A stretch of 64,000 bases of DNA from Eledone cirrhosa (GCA_964016885.1 OZ024742.1:177692001-177756000), one strand, 5' to 3'. Counted from the stretch's first letter, positions 11,960-25,369 are shown. A program made the numbers and translations. Notes: generated from the letters alone by a model not told the origin.

Positions 11960-14900
11960 GATAATAACAATTTAAAAAAAACAACAAAAAGAAAACCCCG
12001 TGACCAAGAAATACCGGGATGGCGGCCAGCGGGGAATAGCCGTGTCTCTAGGGGAGAACGACCCCTCTAGTCTTGGTTGACACTCGTTCTAGAAGTGGTA
12101 ACACGAAATGATTACCCCTTGGCGGATAAGGATAAAACGCGACAAAATAAAGTAAATGTCTGATGATAAAATCTCATACCGAATCGGCCGTCACCCGGGT
12201 AAAAAAGGGCCGCGTCGTTCAGAGAGGAACCAGACTGGGGTCGAAAAATCAGCTAATGGTTCAAACCCTCCCATCACTTCGGAGCTGGAGACCTCCCATA
12301 ACCGGAATACTCCTACTCCCATCAAATACATCGAATACAGAACAGACATATATCAACTGGAAAAAGAAACATCCCGAAAACAGAGGCTATATTGACAGTA
12401 ACAAACTAGCCAATATACGAAGAAATATTGTAAGAAAAAAGTTACTAACTGATATAGAAATTGATCAGATCAAGCTATTAGCACAAAGTCAGCGAAGGGA
12501 AAATGAAACATGTGTCAGTGAAAACGAGGTAAACTGTAACACTTCGAACCCCAGGGTTGGGGCGGAATCACTGGCAACAGAACAAATTAAAGAAAGGATC
12601 GAAAAAGTGGAGGGAGTGCATGCTCAGGATTAAACTCCAAATGAAAATAATGAGATCGTAAATGATAAAGAAATGAATGAGAATGAACTTGCCAACTTGA
12701 AGGATGAAATTATGATCGAATGGAGGAAAATGAAAGAATCTGACATGGGGCAACGAGACACCCTCCCTAAGATCCAGAACTCCAAACAGAACCAAAAGAT
12801 AATACACAAGACTAACATAATTCTCAAAAACATTATCATCACAAACAAACTAAACATTACTGATTTAAATCATCTCTGTTATGCATCGGCTAAAGTCACC
12901 ACTCACTTATGTGGAGTGAAGATGAAAAAACAAAGGAATTCCCACAAGAAATCTACTTGGCAAGACAACATCAATCGCCAAATAAACCTTCTCCGATCTG
13001 ACATAGAAATGTTAACACACTATAAAGTAGGTGAACATGTTAAACAAACTAAACTTAGAAAATTGAAAAAAAAGTACAGTATAAAATCAACATGTGACAT
13101 AGACATGCTGATAGAAATAATCAAGCAAAATGTGTCGGCTAAAGCTGCTCGTATAAGGCGCTTTGAAAAACGATCTAGATTCTATAAGGACAATAATATG
13201 TTCAAAAACAACCAAAGAAACTTCTACAGAAAAATTGGTGAGTCAACAATAACTGCTAAATCAATACCACCCAAGGAGGAAGTGCAAGAATTCTGGGAAA
13301 AGATCTGGGCCGAAGAAAAAGTTCATAACATACATGCACCATGGATAGACAGACAAATGAAAGATACAGCTCACCTCGAGGAACAAATATGGGAAAATAT
13401 AACGCTTGGCTCTAAGAAAAACCAGCAAATGGAAATCCCCAGGAAAAGACAAAATACAAAACTTTTGGATAAATGCCTTAACAGAGTCTCATGAGCTGTT
13501 AGCCCAACTTTACAATGAAATAGTTAAGGAGCCAGAAAAGATACCATCATGGCTAGTTAACGGCATTACATTCCTGCTTCCGAAGAATGATGAGACAAAC
13601 AATCCCAAAAATTACAGACCGATAACTTGCTTGACCACAATGTATAAAATGTTAACATCAGTCCTAACTGAATACACATATGACCACCTGATAACAAATG
13701 ACCTATTTTCCATTGAGCAGAAAGGGTGTAAACGAGGCTCATATGGCTGTAAGGATCAGCTTCTGGTTAACAAAATGATACTGGAAGATTGTCATAATAG
13801 ACACAAAAATCTATCGATTTCTTGGATAGATTATAAAAAAGCATTCGATAGTTTGCCACACAGTTGGATTGAAAAATGTTTAGAGATTTTCAAGATATCC
13901 CCCGTTGTCAGGAGGTTTTTGTCATTCAGTATGAAGACATGGAAAACGACACTCCTTTTGAATAGTGAAACAAAATCACTGGAAGCTGGAGAAGTTAATA
14001 TTAATTGTGGAATTTTTCAGGGTGACTCTTTATCACCGCTTTTATTCTGCAACGCACTTATACCATTAAGTAAAATGCTCAATGAAACAAAACATGCATA
14101 TAAAGTCTATGACAAAACCATTAATCACTTGTTCTACATGGATGACCTGAAACTATTTGCAAAAAATGATGAACAATTGCAAGGGCTATTATCCACTGTG
14201 GAGCAGTTCAGTGATGACATTAAAATGGAGTTTGGACTAGATAAATGCGCCAAAGCAACGTTCACCAGAGGAAAGCTGCTGAAGAGTTCAGACATTAATC
14301 TTGATCGGGGGAACGTGATAAGAGAACTTGATCAAGAAAAAACTTACAAATATCTAGGTGTTTGTGAAGGAGACGGAATCAAGCACTCTACAATGAGGGA
14401 AAGGATAAGGAAGGAATGTTACCGCAGAGTAAGACAATCTTAAGAACGGAATTGAATGCAAGGAATAGGATCGATGCCATAAACACGCTTGCCATACCAG
14501 TAGTAACCTACAGTTACAATGTCATCAACTGGTCAAGCACAGAGATCCGTAGGCTCGATACAAAAATTCGAAAATTATTAACCATGCACAGAATGCATCA
14601 CCCTAAGGCAGATATAGATAGAATATATCTCCCTAGGAAAGAAGGAGGACGTGGGTTAATCCAGTTAGACATTGCGTTGAAAACTGCAACAATTGGATTA
14701 TCTACATATCTAAGGGAATCACATGATTGGATGATCAAACTCGTTTTGAAACACGAAAGCATCAAATGATCATATTCCATTACAAAAGATGCACAAAGAT
14801 ACAGTAATGGACTACAAATTTCAGAAGTCCCAGTTACTGCTGAAATGGAAAACACAGAAAAAGCAAAGCAGGTAAAAGTAACTGCAAGGAAAGAACTGCT

Positions 14901-15826
14901 ACAGAAACTGGCTAAGAAATGGCAAGAAAAGCCTCTGTATGGAAAATACCCAGAGCGAGCTAACAATCCTGATGTTGACAAAACTTTAACCCATCAGTGG
15001 TTGGCATCCTCTGGACTGAAATCGGAGTCTGAAGGACTGATTATATCAGCACAAGATCAGTGTCTGCCAACAAAATTTACCAAGCCAACATAATAAAAAA
15101 TGGATGCAGCCCATTATGCCGTGTATGCAAAAAACAACCAGAGACCATTGACCATATAATTTCAATGTGCAGTCCTATAGCTCCAACCGAATACCTAAAC
15201 AGGCATGACAGAGCTGCACAATACATACATTGGATAATGTGTAAGCATTTTGACCTGCCACATCAAAAGAATTGGTGGGAGCATCAACCACCACCCATAC
15301 TTGAAAAAGATCACATCTCAATCTTGTGGAACTTTAGCATCCAAACAGACCGAAAAATAGATGCAAATAGACCTGATATAATATTGAAGGACTCTAAAAA
15401 GAGGGTATGCCTGCTAATTGATATGTCTGTTCCAATAGACAAGAATGTATCTATAAAAACATTTGAAAAATTGAGCAAGTATAAGGACCTGGAGATAGAA
15501 ATTGGAAAAATGTGGAAATTGAGAACTAAAACAATACCAGTGGTTGTAGGCGCTCTGGGAATGATACCTAAGGGGTCTAATGATTACTTATCGCAGATCC
15601 CAGGAAACCCGCGTATAAGAGAAATACAAAAGATAGTACTAATGGGAACTGCCCATATACTAAGGAAGATTCTGTCAATATAAGTACATCACAAGTCTAA
15701 ACACTAAAGATGCATGTGTGAGTATGTATGTTCTTCCTTGAACATGGCGGACCTTGTTGTCTCTTGAAGTCACTGGTTGTGACTTGGTGATAACTCGTAT
15801 GAACATAAAGCAAGATAAATGCAACT

Positions 15827-15827
<1 letters not shown>
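11960..15827 (+). mobile_element. R4/Dong-like RLE non-LTR retrotransposon, near full length, disrupted
   Basis: RT motifs (KSPGKD, YRPITCL, DYKKAFDS, GIFQGDSLSP, YMDD), CCHC finger CRVC..ETIDHIISMC and restriction-like endonuclease RPD..IDMSVP..K..KY. Ends in (TAA)n at 15828-15877. The 5' boundary is approximate. Confidence 0.9.
12156..15683 (+). pseudogene. R4/Dong-like polyprotein broken into about six ORF pieces
   Basis: Colinear ORFs at 12163, 12673, 13406, 14416, 14845 and 15060 are separated by stops or frameshifts. Confidence 0.85.
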
Positions 15828-15877
<50 letters not shown>

Positions 15878-17158
15878 GGCTGATGACATCAAGAACAAAA
15901 AAAATGAAAGAATTGATAAGAACTGAATACATTCGGGGAGTAAGGAGCATATTAAAGTCACATCTGAACAGTAGGAATGCCATAAGTGCAGTAAATTCCC
16001 GAGCTGTGTCTATTATTAGGTACAGTGCGGGAATTCTGAGATGGAATGTTGCTGAACAAAAAGAAATGGATAGGAAGACTAGGAAGCTATTTACTATCTA
16101 CAACATGTTCCACAAGAGGAGTGATGTCGATAGACCCTACTTAAGGAGATCTGAAGGTGGAAGAGGTCTTATCAGCATAGAGGACTGTGTTCAGATGGAG
16201 AAAAACAACCTACACAAATACGTGACTGATAGTAAGGAGCCAATGCTCAGAACTGTACTGAAGGAGGGGACAATAGACCAGGGGATGTCCAAGGAGGAAA
16301 TAACATCAAGGAGAAAGAGCAACCTTCAGGAAAAATCCCTTCATAGTACCTTCTTTGAGAAAACTGAATTCAGAGATCCACAGACATGGAACTGTTTGAA
16401 AAGAGGAGACCTGAAAAATGCTACAGAAGGAATGTTAATGGCTGCGCAGGAGCAGGCCCTCAAAACGAAGTGGTTGAAACACCATATTTACAAGGAGGAG
16501 GCTAGCCCACTGTGCAGGATATGTGGAGAGAGAGAGGAGACTGTGGCTCACATTGTATCCGAGTGTAAACACCTAGCCCAGGCTCACTATAAAGGCTGGA
16601 GACATGATGTGATAGGCAGGGTGAACCACTGGCACCTATGCAAAGTAAACAATTTACCACATTCTGAGAAGTGGTATGAGCATAAGCCAGAGTTGGTGAT
16701 AGAAAACGATCAGGTGAAGGTGCTGTGGGATTTTAGGATACAGACGGATAAGAAACTGGAATACAATAGATCTGACCTGGTGGTTGTGGACAAAGAAAAA
16801 AGATCATGCCTGATTGTGGATGTGGCCTGCCCATTCAACACGAGAGTGCAAGTGAAGGAGAGGGAGAAAATTAAACGATACCAGGACTTAAAGCGGGAGG
16901 TAAAAAGGATTTGGAACTGCTATGAAGTCAAAGTGGGCCCGATTGTTATAGGCGCACTAGGTACTATCTCAAAAAGTTTCCAGGGATAGTTAAAGAAAAA
17001 GGGCCCCTTCACGCTTTTTGGAACGCTTCAGAAGGCATGGTTGCTGGGAACAGCAAGAACCCTCCGATACGTCCTGAATATCTGAGGCTGCAGGTAGTGG
17101 CTTGATATTCATTTCAACAAACTTTCCAGTTAACTAACATCAATGACTGAGACTCAAA

Positions 17159-17160
<2 letters not shown>
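15878..17160 (+). mobile_element. Second, divergent R4/Dong-like element, 5'-truncated, between two (TAA)n tracts
   Basis: EGGRGL, MAAQEQAL, CRICGEREETVAHIVSEC, RSD..VDVACP and GALG motifs. (TAA)n lies at 15828-15877 and 17160-17219. Confidence 0.9.
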
Positions 17161-17219
<59 letters not shown>

Positions 17220-18008
17220 TATAAGTAGCAAAAACGAACTATCAATATAACAACATGAGGCACATTTCGAGAATCCACAAATCTTGTGAGCTATTAATTC
17301 CAGAGTTAGGCTCGATCATGACTAGTCTACCTTGAACTGATTGATTACGAAACGTGCTTCGCTTGTGATAAAACATATTGATGTTATATTGATAATTCGT
17401 TCATGCTTATTATTATATATTAAAACGATGAGTTTCCCCTTCCCTACAAATCTCTGACATTGTGTTAAAACTAGAAACATTTCTTACAAAATCGAGATCA
17501 CGGAAGAGAGCAGCAGATTATTATATTCTTATTAACACCACAATTATCATTATAAATTCAATTCATTTAAATTACAATACCACTTTAATTTATATAAAGT
17601 ATAGGTGAACATAAGTGAAGCAATTATGTCAAACCAGTCATAGGTGTTACATGTAAATAAGCAGAAGGAATTTATCGGTTAATGGGTGAATGCTGAATCG
17701 GTTTTATGTTCTGATTTTGTGTTTGCTCTGATTGAGTGAAAATGAGAACAATTAACAAAATTCTATGTAAAATATCTACTTTCTTTTGATTATGTGAAGA
17801 GCCATTTCTAAATTGCGTTTATAGGTTATCGCTGCAGATCACGTTACAGAAATGATACCAGGAACTTGGACTGGAATAAAATGCAAATAAATCTTTTCCA
17901 GTGAATCTTAACATGTGTTGTTGGTTGTTAACAATCTTTGCTATAATATATTTATATATGTGTGTGTTTATATGTGTGTGTGCGTGCGTGTGCATGTGTA
18001 TATGTATA

Positions 18009-18045
<37 letters not shown>

Positions 18046-18058
18046 CACATACACACAC

Positions 18059-18112
<54 letters not shown>

Positions 18113-18659
18113 CAGACTTTGGCAACTATCAATGGATACTCAGGCACGTAGTTGATGATTAGCAGTAAAGATCAAGGAAATCGCCTGGTTCTTCATGTTG
18201 GTGCCAACAACTAGAGATAATGCCTTTCAAATAACATTGTCATCTGTCCAAAAGACATTGAAACAATCTATAGCGGATTAGGTTTTAAAACATACGGCGT
18301 CCCAATCAAAGTGGTTGTTATTGTTCTTGAGTGGAATGTGAAGTGTAAATATGAATACGTAAAGAGTTCTTAATGTAAGATATAGAAGGAGATGAGGTGT
18401 AAGGTAGTACAAATACTTGAGAGGAGGTAATGCGGATGAGGTCGGTGGTATTAAGTAGCGATTCAGTATGAAATGTGAAGTTAGAAATAAATATATATAC
18501 ACATTTAAAGACGTACAAACACGCATACTTATGTAAATATAAATGTACAAATATATATATGTATATGCAAAGGTTATATTTAATTTGTTGGAATTCAAAA
18601 AACTTAAAAGTTGTATAACTGATAGAAAGCACTCAACAGTTTAGTGGAGTAAATATTCA

Positions 18660-18848
18660 TTGTGAATTGGCAGTATCGTTAGAGGGTTGGATTATGCTTT
18701 CCAGTATAGTTACGTCCCTTTACAATCTGAGTTCAATTCCCGCCGAGGTTAACTTTGCCTTTCATCCTTACGGGGTCGATAAAATAAAGTACCAGTAATG
18801 TACTGGGATAATTGCTGGCCTTGTGCCAACAAGTAGAAACAATTATAT
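18660..18848 (+). mobile_element. tRNA-derived SINE with Deu/Nin-like core
   Basis: A-box TGGCAGTATCG, B-box GAGTTCAATTCC, core GCCTTTCATCCTTACGGGGTCGATAAAATAAAGTACCAG; many homologs in this window. Confidence 0.8.
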
Positions 18849-18984
18849 TAATAAATGGAAACTATATTTATAAAACAAATTTTGTATTTTATCTGATGAA
18901 AGCGCACCAAAATTTGCCTTGGTTGCCCTTGAAATATATATAATAAAATAATTATGGTTTTATAAATATAGTTTCCATTTATTA

Positions 18985-18991
<7 letters not shown>
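18842..18991. repeat. Perfect 35-bp inverted repeat enclosing the hammerhead
   Basis: ATTATATTAATAAATGGAAACTATATTTATAAAAC at 18842-18876 and its exact reverse complement at 18957-18991. Confidence 0.95.
18885..18950 (+). ncRNA. Type I hammerhead ribozyme (second family) inside a 150-bp hairpin
   Basis: Helix I TATTTTAT/ATAAAATA; CTGATGA; helix II AAGCGCACCAA...TTGGTTGCCCTT; GAAAT-ATAT-ATA with palindromic helix III. Predicted cleavage after 18942. Confidence 0.7.
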
Positions 18992-19025
<34 letters not shown>

Positions 19026-19405
19026 GTGTGTGTGTGCGTGTGTGTGTGTGTGAGTGAGCCTGTGCAAACAAATATATGTATATATAAATATACATATTGT
19101 TATACTTGGGGAGGGTCATATTTGTGTAATATTGCCAGAATTAATAACAGAATACACTCACTGTTTGATTGGTTTTCGCTTCTGTATCTTTTATATCAGT
19201 TAATTTATTCGGTCCTCAATGTTGCCATTGACTGACCAACGGTCAAAAATACAGATATAATATAAACACAAACACACATATATAGTCTAACAAACTTCTT
19301 TCGTTGCAAATCTGCAACATCGTCAGTGGTGCTATTAAGTTTCCTCCTGTTGTATTGTATATCTACGCCATCTTTATTTAATCTGTTTATTTATTTATGA
19401 AATAA

Positions 19406-19451
19406 ATATATATATATATATATATATGTGTGAGTCTGTGCAAATAAATAA

Positions 19452-19512
<61 letters not shown>

Positions 19513-19530
19513 TATTTATTTGCACAGACT

Positions 19531-19563
<33 letters not shown>
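19406..19563. repeat. Palindrome centred on (TA)n
   Basis: TATGTGTGAGTCTGTGCAAATAAATA ... (TA)n ... TATTTATTTGCACAGACTCACACATA. Confidence 0.9.
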
Positions 19564-19568
<5 letters not shown>

Positions 19569-20339
19569 GATATGCCCTTGTATATGTATGTGCGTATGTA
19601 TACATGTAAATATATAAATATGTATGTATTTATGTATTTATGTGTGTATGCATGTCGGAATGTAGGTAGGTACGTATGTAGGTATCTAGCTAGCTATTTG
19701 TGTATGTATGTGAGTATGAATTCCTAGTTATCGCTATGATTTGGTGGTGTGTCAATCGCCACAGCCTGTTGACTGAGCTGGCTACTTTACCCAAGAATTG
19801 ACAACATTGAAAACAGAGAAAACAATATATCAACAGAAAAATTTCGAATAAGTAATTAGCTATCCTTAACCAACAGATCTTTATAGTACTGCTTGCTTAC
19901 TGCACTCATCCTGCATGTAACAGATAGGGAGTTCGATCCTTCTCAGACACCTTTGTCCACTTTCTCCAATTTCCACAAATATTATTTGCGTCTTTGAATT
20001 TGCTAATATTATAATGATGTGTGTTGGACGTACACATTCCAAATGTTTCCAATGTTTATTGCGGCAAACGCTTTGATTACACAGACACATTTATGAATAT
20101 ATATATATGTGGGGGGGGGGGGACAAACAAACATTAGGTGTATCCAAAATCATTGAAGGGTTCATAGGAAAATGGCAAACTCAAACAGCCGAATAGAAGA
20201 AATATTAACAGCCTAGAAATCAAATAAAAATTCTCACTAAGGACAGAAAGTAGTGGTCAGTGACTGCGACAGAGGAATGACTACTATTTTAGCATCCTTA
20301 GGATTGTTTTTACCCAGCTTCTATGCTGTTATTATTAAA

Positions 20340-20530
20340 GGCGGTGGATTGGCAGTATCGGTAGAGGGTCGGACGCCATGCTTTCCAGCAGAGTTACGTC
20401 CCTTTGCGGTCTGAGTTCTAATCCCGCCGAGGTTAACTTTGCCTTTCATCCTTGCGGGGTCGATAAAATAAAGTACCAGTAATGTACTGGTTAATTGATG
20501 GCCTTGTGCCAAAAGTAGAAACAATTATTA
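20340..20530 (+). mobile_element. Full-length tRNA-derived SINE with Deu/Nin-like core
   Basis: GGCGGTGGATTGGCAGTATCGGTAGAG head, B-box, core and GAAACAATTATTA end. Confidence 0.85.
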
Positions 20531-20759
20531 AAGGCATTCGGTTATTTTGACAACTATTTCTTGCGTTTGAATTTCACATTTTTCGATGAACCTCGTATAT
20601 ATAATGTATGTATGTATGTTTGTGTGTACGTGTTTGTGTATATATATATATATATATATATGTAAATATATAAATCTATCCATGTATATATATGGCACTG
20701 ATACAGACATCAGTTTAGTTTGTTACAACCCTGTTCTAGCCATACACTATTACAATATA

Positions 20760-21239
20760 CTAGCAGAAAAACCACCCTTCGGGTGGTTTTCTGCTAGCAT
20801 GTGTAGTGTGTATATTGATATTATATGCAAGTATATATACATGTAGATATGATACATCAAATAAAATCGTAATTGACAATATACATAGAAATTGAACGAA
20901 GACTGCGTTACACTGTCTTATGTAATCAGTAACATAATCCATGCTACATTAAAAAAAGACGATATTATATATAAACTTCATTAGAAGAAAATTAGTGACA
21001 GAAAATTAGTATGTTTATTTAAGCGATCGCCAAACGGAAGTGTTGAAATTTCAGAAATTTTAAAGAAGAGAATCTTTAAATAAACAAAATATATTTAATC
21101 AACAGCCACGAAATTTAGTAGATAAATTATGTAATATTCATTCATTAATTATCCAAAGTAATACAACTTATTTTACTAATAGGATAAAAAATTGTAAACC
21201 GTACGCAGTCCCGAGCTCCTTACTTTATTATAGTTTAGA
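20760..21239 (-). mobile_element. Non-autonomous Helitron (~480 bp)
   Basis: The minus strand begins A|TCTAAACTATAATAAAG and ends with hairpin CCACCC-GAA-GGGTGG followed by CTAG|T. Confidence 0.7.
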
Positions 21240-21481
21240 TAAGGAAAATGCCTCATACTTTTGTGTAATATCATGCTAAGCATATATTCTGCATGCAAAG
21301 TGTCAGTTTCTGAAAGATTTTATCATTGAATAGGTAAAAGAAAATACTTTTGGCATTTGCATATTTATTTTATGTGTGTTTTGAAATATTCTCTTTTAAT
21401 ATATATATATATATGTGTGTGTGTGTCTGTGTGTGTATTTCTATGTGTGTGTGCGTTAGTTTGTGTGTATGTGTGTGTGTG

Positions 21482-21529
<48 letters not shown>

Positions 21530-21974
21530 CGTGCGAGTGTGTGTCTGAGTGTTTGTGTGCATGTATATATATATATATATATATATATACACTTCGCGCA
21601 TCGTAAGGGAAATATGTTCCAAATAACGCTTTTAGAAATTGGAAATTTAATTTAATTTATTTGCCAATTTTCAAACAATAAATAGAAGAAAATTGAAGAA
21701 TATTGAATGAATTTTTTGAAAAAGTGGTAACGGTTTAATTGCAAATATAAACAGAAATTTTTGAAAGCATTTTAGAAAATAAATTTTATTATTAGTTACC
21801 ATATTTTGGCAAAGAAAAGTCTGAAGTAAAAATAATGTTCATGTTGAAGTTGAATAGGCTAAGTACAGTAGAAGAAAGAAATTGTATGTATATTTTGAGA
21901 AGAGCAAGCACAAACACTTAGCATAAATATATATATATGTGTGTGTGTGTAAATGTATACATATGTGTATATGA

Positions 21975-22034
<60 letters not shown>

Positions 22035-22036
22035 TC

Positions 22037-22070
<34 letters not shown>

Positions 22071-22199
22071 ATACACATATATATATACATACATATACAT
22101 ATATATATATATATACATATATATGTGTATACATATATATATATATATATACATGTATATATATATATGTATAATATATATATATATATATATATATAA

Positions 22200-22233
<34 letters not shown>

Positions 22234-25037
22234 ATATATATATATATATATATGAGTATAGTGTAGAGAAAGAAGACAAAAAATAATAAAAAATATATAC
22301 CTGTAATGGTAGAAATTCAGAAAGTTAAAAAGAATACTTCATATTAATTTTGTTATTTCAATGAAGAAAATCTACAAGCTGGAACGAATGTGCGGAGAAT
22401 AATCGATAATATAGTCCTTTGTACACACCTTAACTAAAAACTAGTGAATGTATTAACACACACGCATATATTCTGTTTCCTATTGCCTCAAATATAAAGG
22501 AGAGGCATGTTTAAAATGAATGGTTATGCGCGTGGTTTAGTGGTTAATGTGTTCGTTTCATGATCCTAAATTTGCGTGTTCGATTAGTGGAATGAACGCT
22601 ATGTTATGCCTTTGTCAGCAGCCAACAGAAAACAATATATAGAGGATTACAATGACATTGATACCATGTTCTATAGACTTTCTCTTTTGCTTTAGAAAAT
22701 ATATCTGGTGTTTTGAGGGGGTTCAGTCATGCAGAAGCGATTCCCTTTATCCGCAGAACACCCTGGCCAGGCGTGCGCCAAAGAGTGGATTTTGCTGGTG
22801 CAAGCCTATGGTTTCTCAGCACCGAATGGAATCTTTATCTATACTGTAAACTACTGCGTGTATGCTGCAAGATGCTAATATTCATATCAATTGTTTAAAC
22901 ACCGTTAATTTGATTGACAGTTCATCGTGTTGTCGATTATTAGTTTCAAACATCAGGCAAATCTCCATCAAATTCTTCTTTACAATCTTAAACGGGGAAC
23001 GAAAATTGAACAGTTTTAGTCCCTGCTGTATAGAAATACAGGTTTTTCATAGCTGAAATACGTTTGATTATAGTTTCGCTAGATCAGCCTTGAGTTGTAA
23101 CTAAGGAATAAGAGAATCTGACTTGCTAGAAACAGCAGGCAAATCTCCCACAAATCCCAATCCAATAGCTACAAAAGAGGTAAGGACACATTGCGCCACG
23201 CTGTATTCTCTGATACAGCAACAAGTATTCAATAAAATAATGCCGGTTGTACACATAATACCACCCCTGGTGATACATTGATCTAACGTTTACAGCGAAG
23301 TCCTTATGGGTACGACGATATTTTACAGAAGCTTATAGTGAGTGTTTTGAAAAAGCTAGAACCGTCATTTTTCGTTGGTTCTAGGTCAGCCCTCACTTTG
23401 CACACCATTAACCAGTAAAGTTTCTGAAGCTGGTCTAAAATAAAGACTTGATGCTTAAAATAAAACTGTCTAAAGCGCAACCGTTGATAACATTTCCCAT
23501 CTCATGACTTTTGCAAAACATCAGATGGACCTTGCCCCTGGTTCCGACAGGTAGAAAAGCGAATGAATTACGGCGAAGAATAACAAAGACTCCACTGCTA
23601 CAGGTTCGATCATAAACCTATCGGAGAGCGACCGATAGTTCGATAGTTCGCCCTCTTCGGCTTCGCGAGCAACGAAGAACGGATTAGTTTCCGAATGCAA
23701 CAGCTTGCATTAGTCACTGAATTGAGAAGTTTGCATTTCCGTTTTCACACAGCAGAATGTGCATTAATGGATATTTGCTGTAAATTTTAGCTGGTAGCGT
23801 AACTGCCAACATAATCCGCCGTTCATTTGTTAAACTTGGTCTCCATGATTTGGAAAGAAAGGATAAAAATTACAGAATATATAGACATGACAATGAAGTA
23901 GAATAACTCTACCACAATCTCACCTCATCCACCTCCCTCCCCTTTCTCATTCACTCTCCAATACTCTTCCCCAGACTCCCCTCGCTCACTTTCCCCAACT
24001 CTTCTCTCCCACCCTTTTTCTCCCTCATCTCTCTTCCACACTTCCCGCTATCACCCCTTCCCTTCTCCGCTATATTTATATCTCTTTCCATCGCCATCTC
24101 TCAAATGCGATCTAATTGATGTCAAATGTGAGGAAACATAGATATAGTTATACATTGCTTCTGGTGGTAATTAGAAGTCAATTATCTGCACAAAACGCAT
24201 CTAACAAACTGTTTAGATCCTACGGCATTGGCAAAATCTCTCCTAAAGTTAATTAAAATGAGTTTTCATCATCTAGACTTGGATTAATACCGTCTAGTTT
24301 TGTTCTCACTAAAGCGTAACTTTCTTCTAGTTTATATTTAACAATATGTCAGTGCTGTTTTAAGTAACCACATTGGGAGTATTGAAGACAAAACTAGTAG
24401 CGAAACCAAGCTTGAATCCAGTCATGTCATATGAATCGGCCACCGTTGGTTTCGAAGATAAGTGTTCCAGTAGAACAGCCTGCTCAAGAAATTAACAAGG
24501 GGCTACGAAATCTACAGACACGTGTATATATCCTGAACATAATTTTCAGGAGTGTTCTGCATAATAAAATGTGTGACAAGATTGGGTTTCCCGAAGATAT
24601 GGTAATTGATACATGCACAATATACTACCTAGTGGTATCGATCCTGGGAATTAATGATTCCGAAGCGAAATCCTTAACCATTCAGCTATGCTACGACCAA
24701 TAACATCTACATATAAGAAAAACTATACTTGGAATCAACATTCTCTTGATATACAAGTTACTACTAATGTAATCATTTACTTATACTGGCATTGCTTAAT
24801 ACACGAGCAAATACTGATAAGAAGGAATGAGAACTTCAATGAATCTTCCGTAAGAATGAGCTATTTAAATTTCCCTGCTTCTTTCAACACATTCCCTCGC
24901 TAAATTATAGTATGACTCATTCCTAATTCTCACCGGCGATACCATGATGCAACATTCTATCAAATGTTTTGTAAAGAACAGAAGTCAGTTTCATTCGTAT
25001 GAAACCGTTCTAGTCCTGTAGAAGTCATTTCTATATA

Positions 25038-25229
25038 TAATTGTTTCTACTTTTGGCACAAGGCCACCAATTGTCCCAGTGCATTACTGGTACTTTATTT
25101 TATTGACCCCCGTAAGGATGAATGGTAAAGTTAACCTCGGCAGGATTTGATCTCAGAGCGTGAAGGGCCGTGACTCTATGCTGCAAAGCATGGTGTCCGA
25201 ACCTCTACCGATACTGCCAATCCACCGCC
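25038..25229 (-). mobile_element. tRNA-derived SINE with Deu/Nin-like core
   Basis: Reverse-complement homolog of 20340-20530. Confidence 0.85.
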
Positions 25230-25270
25230 CATTTCTATATATATAATAAAGATGCTTCTTCTCTATGAAC

Positions 25271-25335
25271 TTATTGAATACGATTTTTAAGAGCGGTTTC
25301 TCTCGACACAATTCGGTAACCTACACACACACACA

Positions 25336-25369
<34 letters not shown>

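Noticed and set aside
15754-15877. N-terminal poly-Asn extension of the 411-aa ORF
   Set aside because: It is read-through of the first element's 3' UTR and the (AAT)n tract, not part of the second element's protein.
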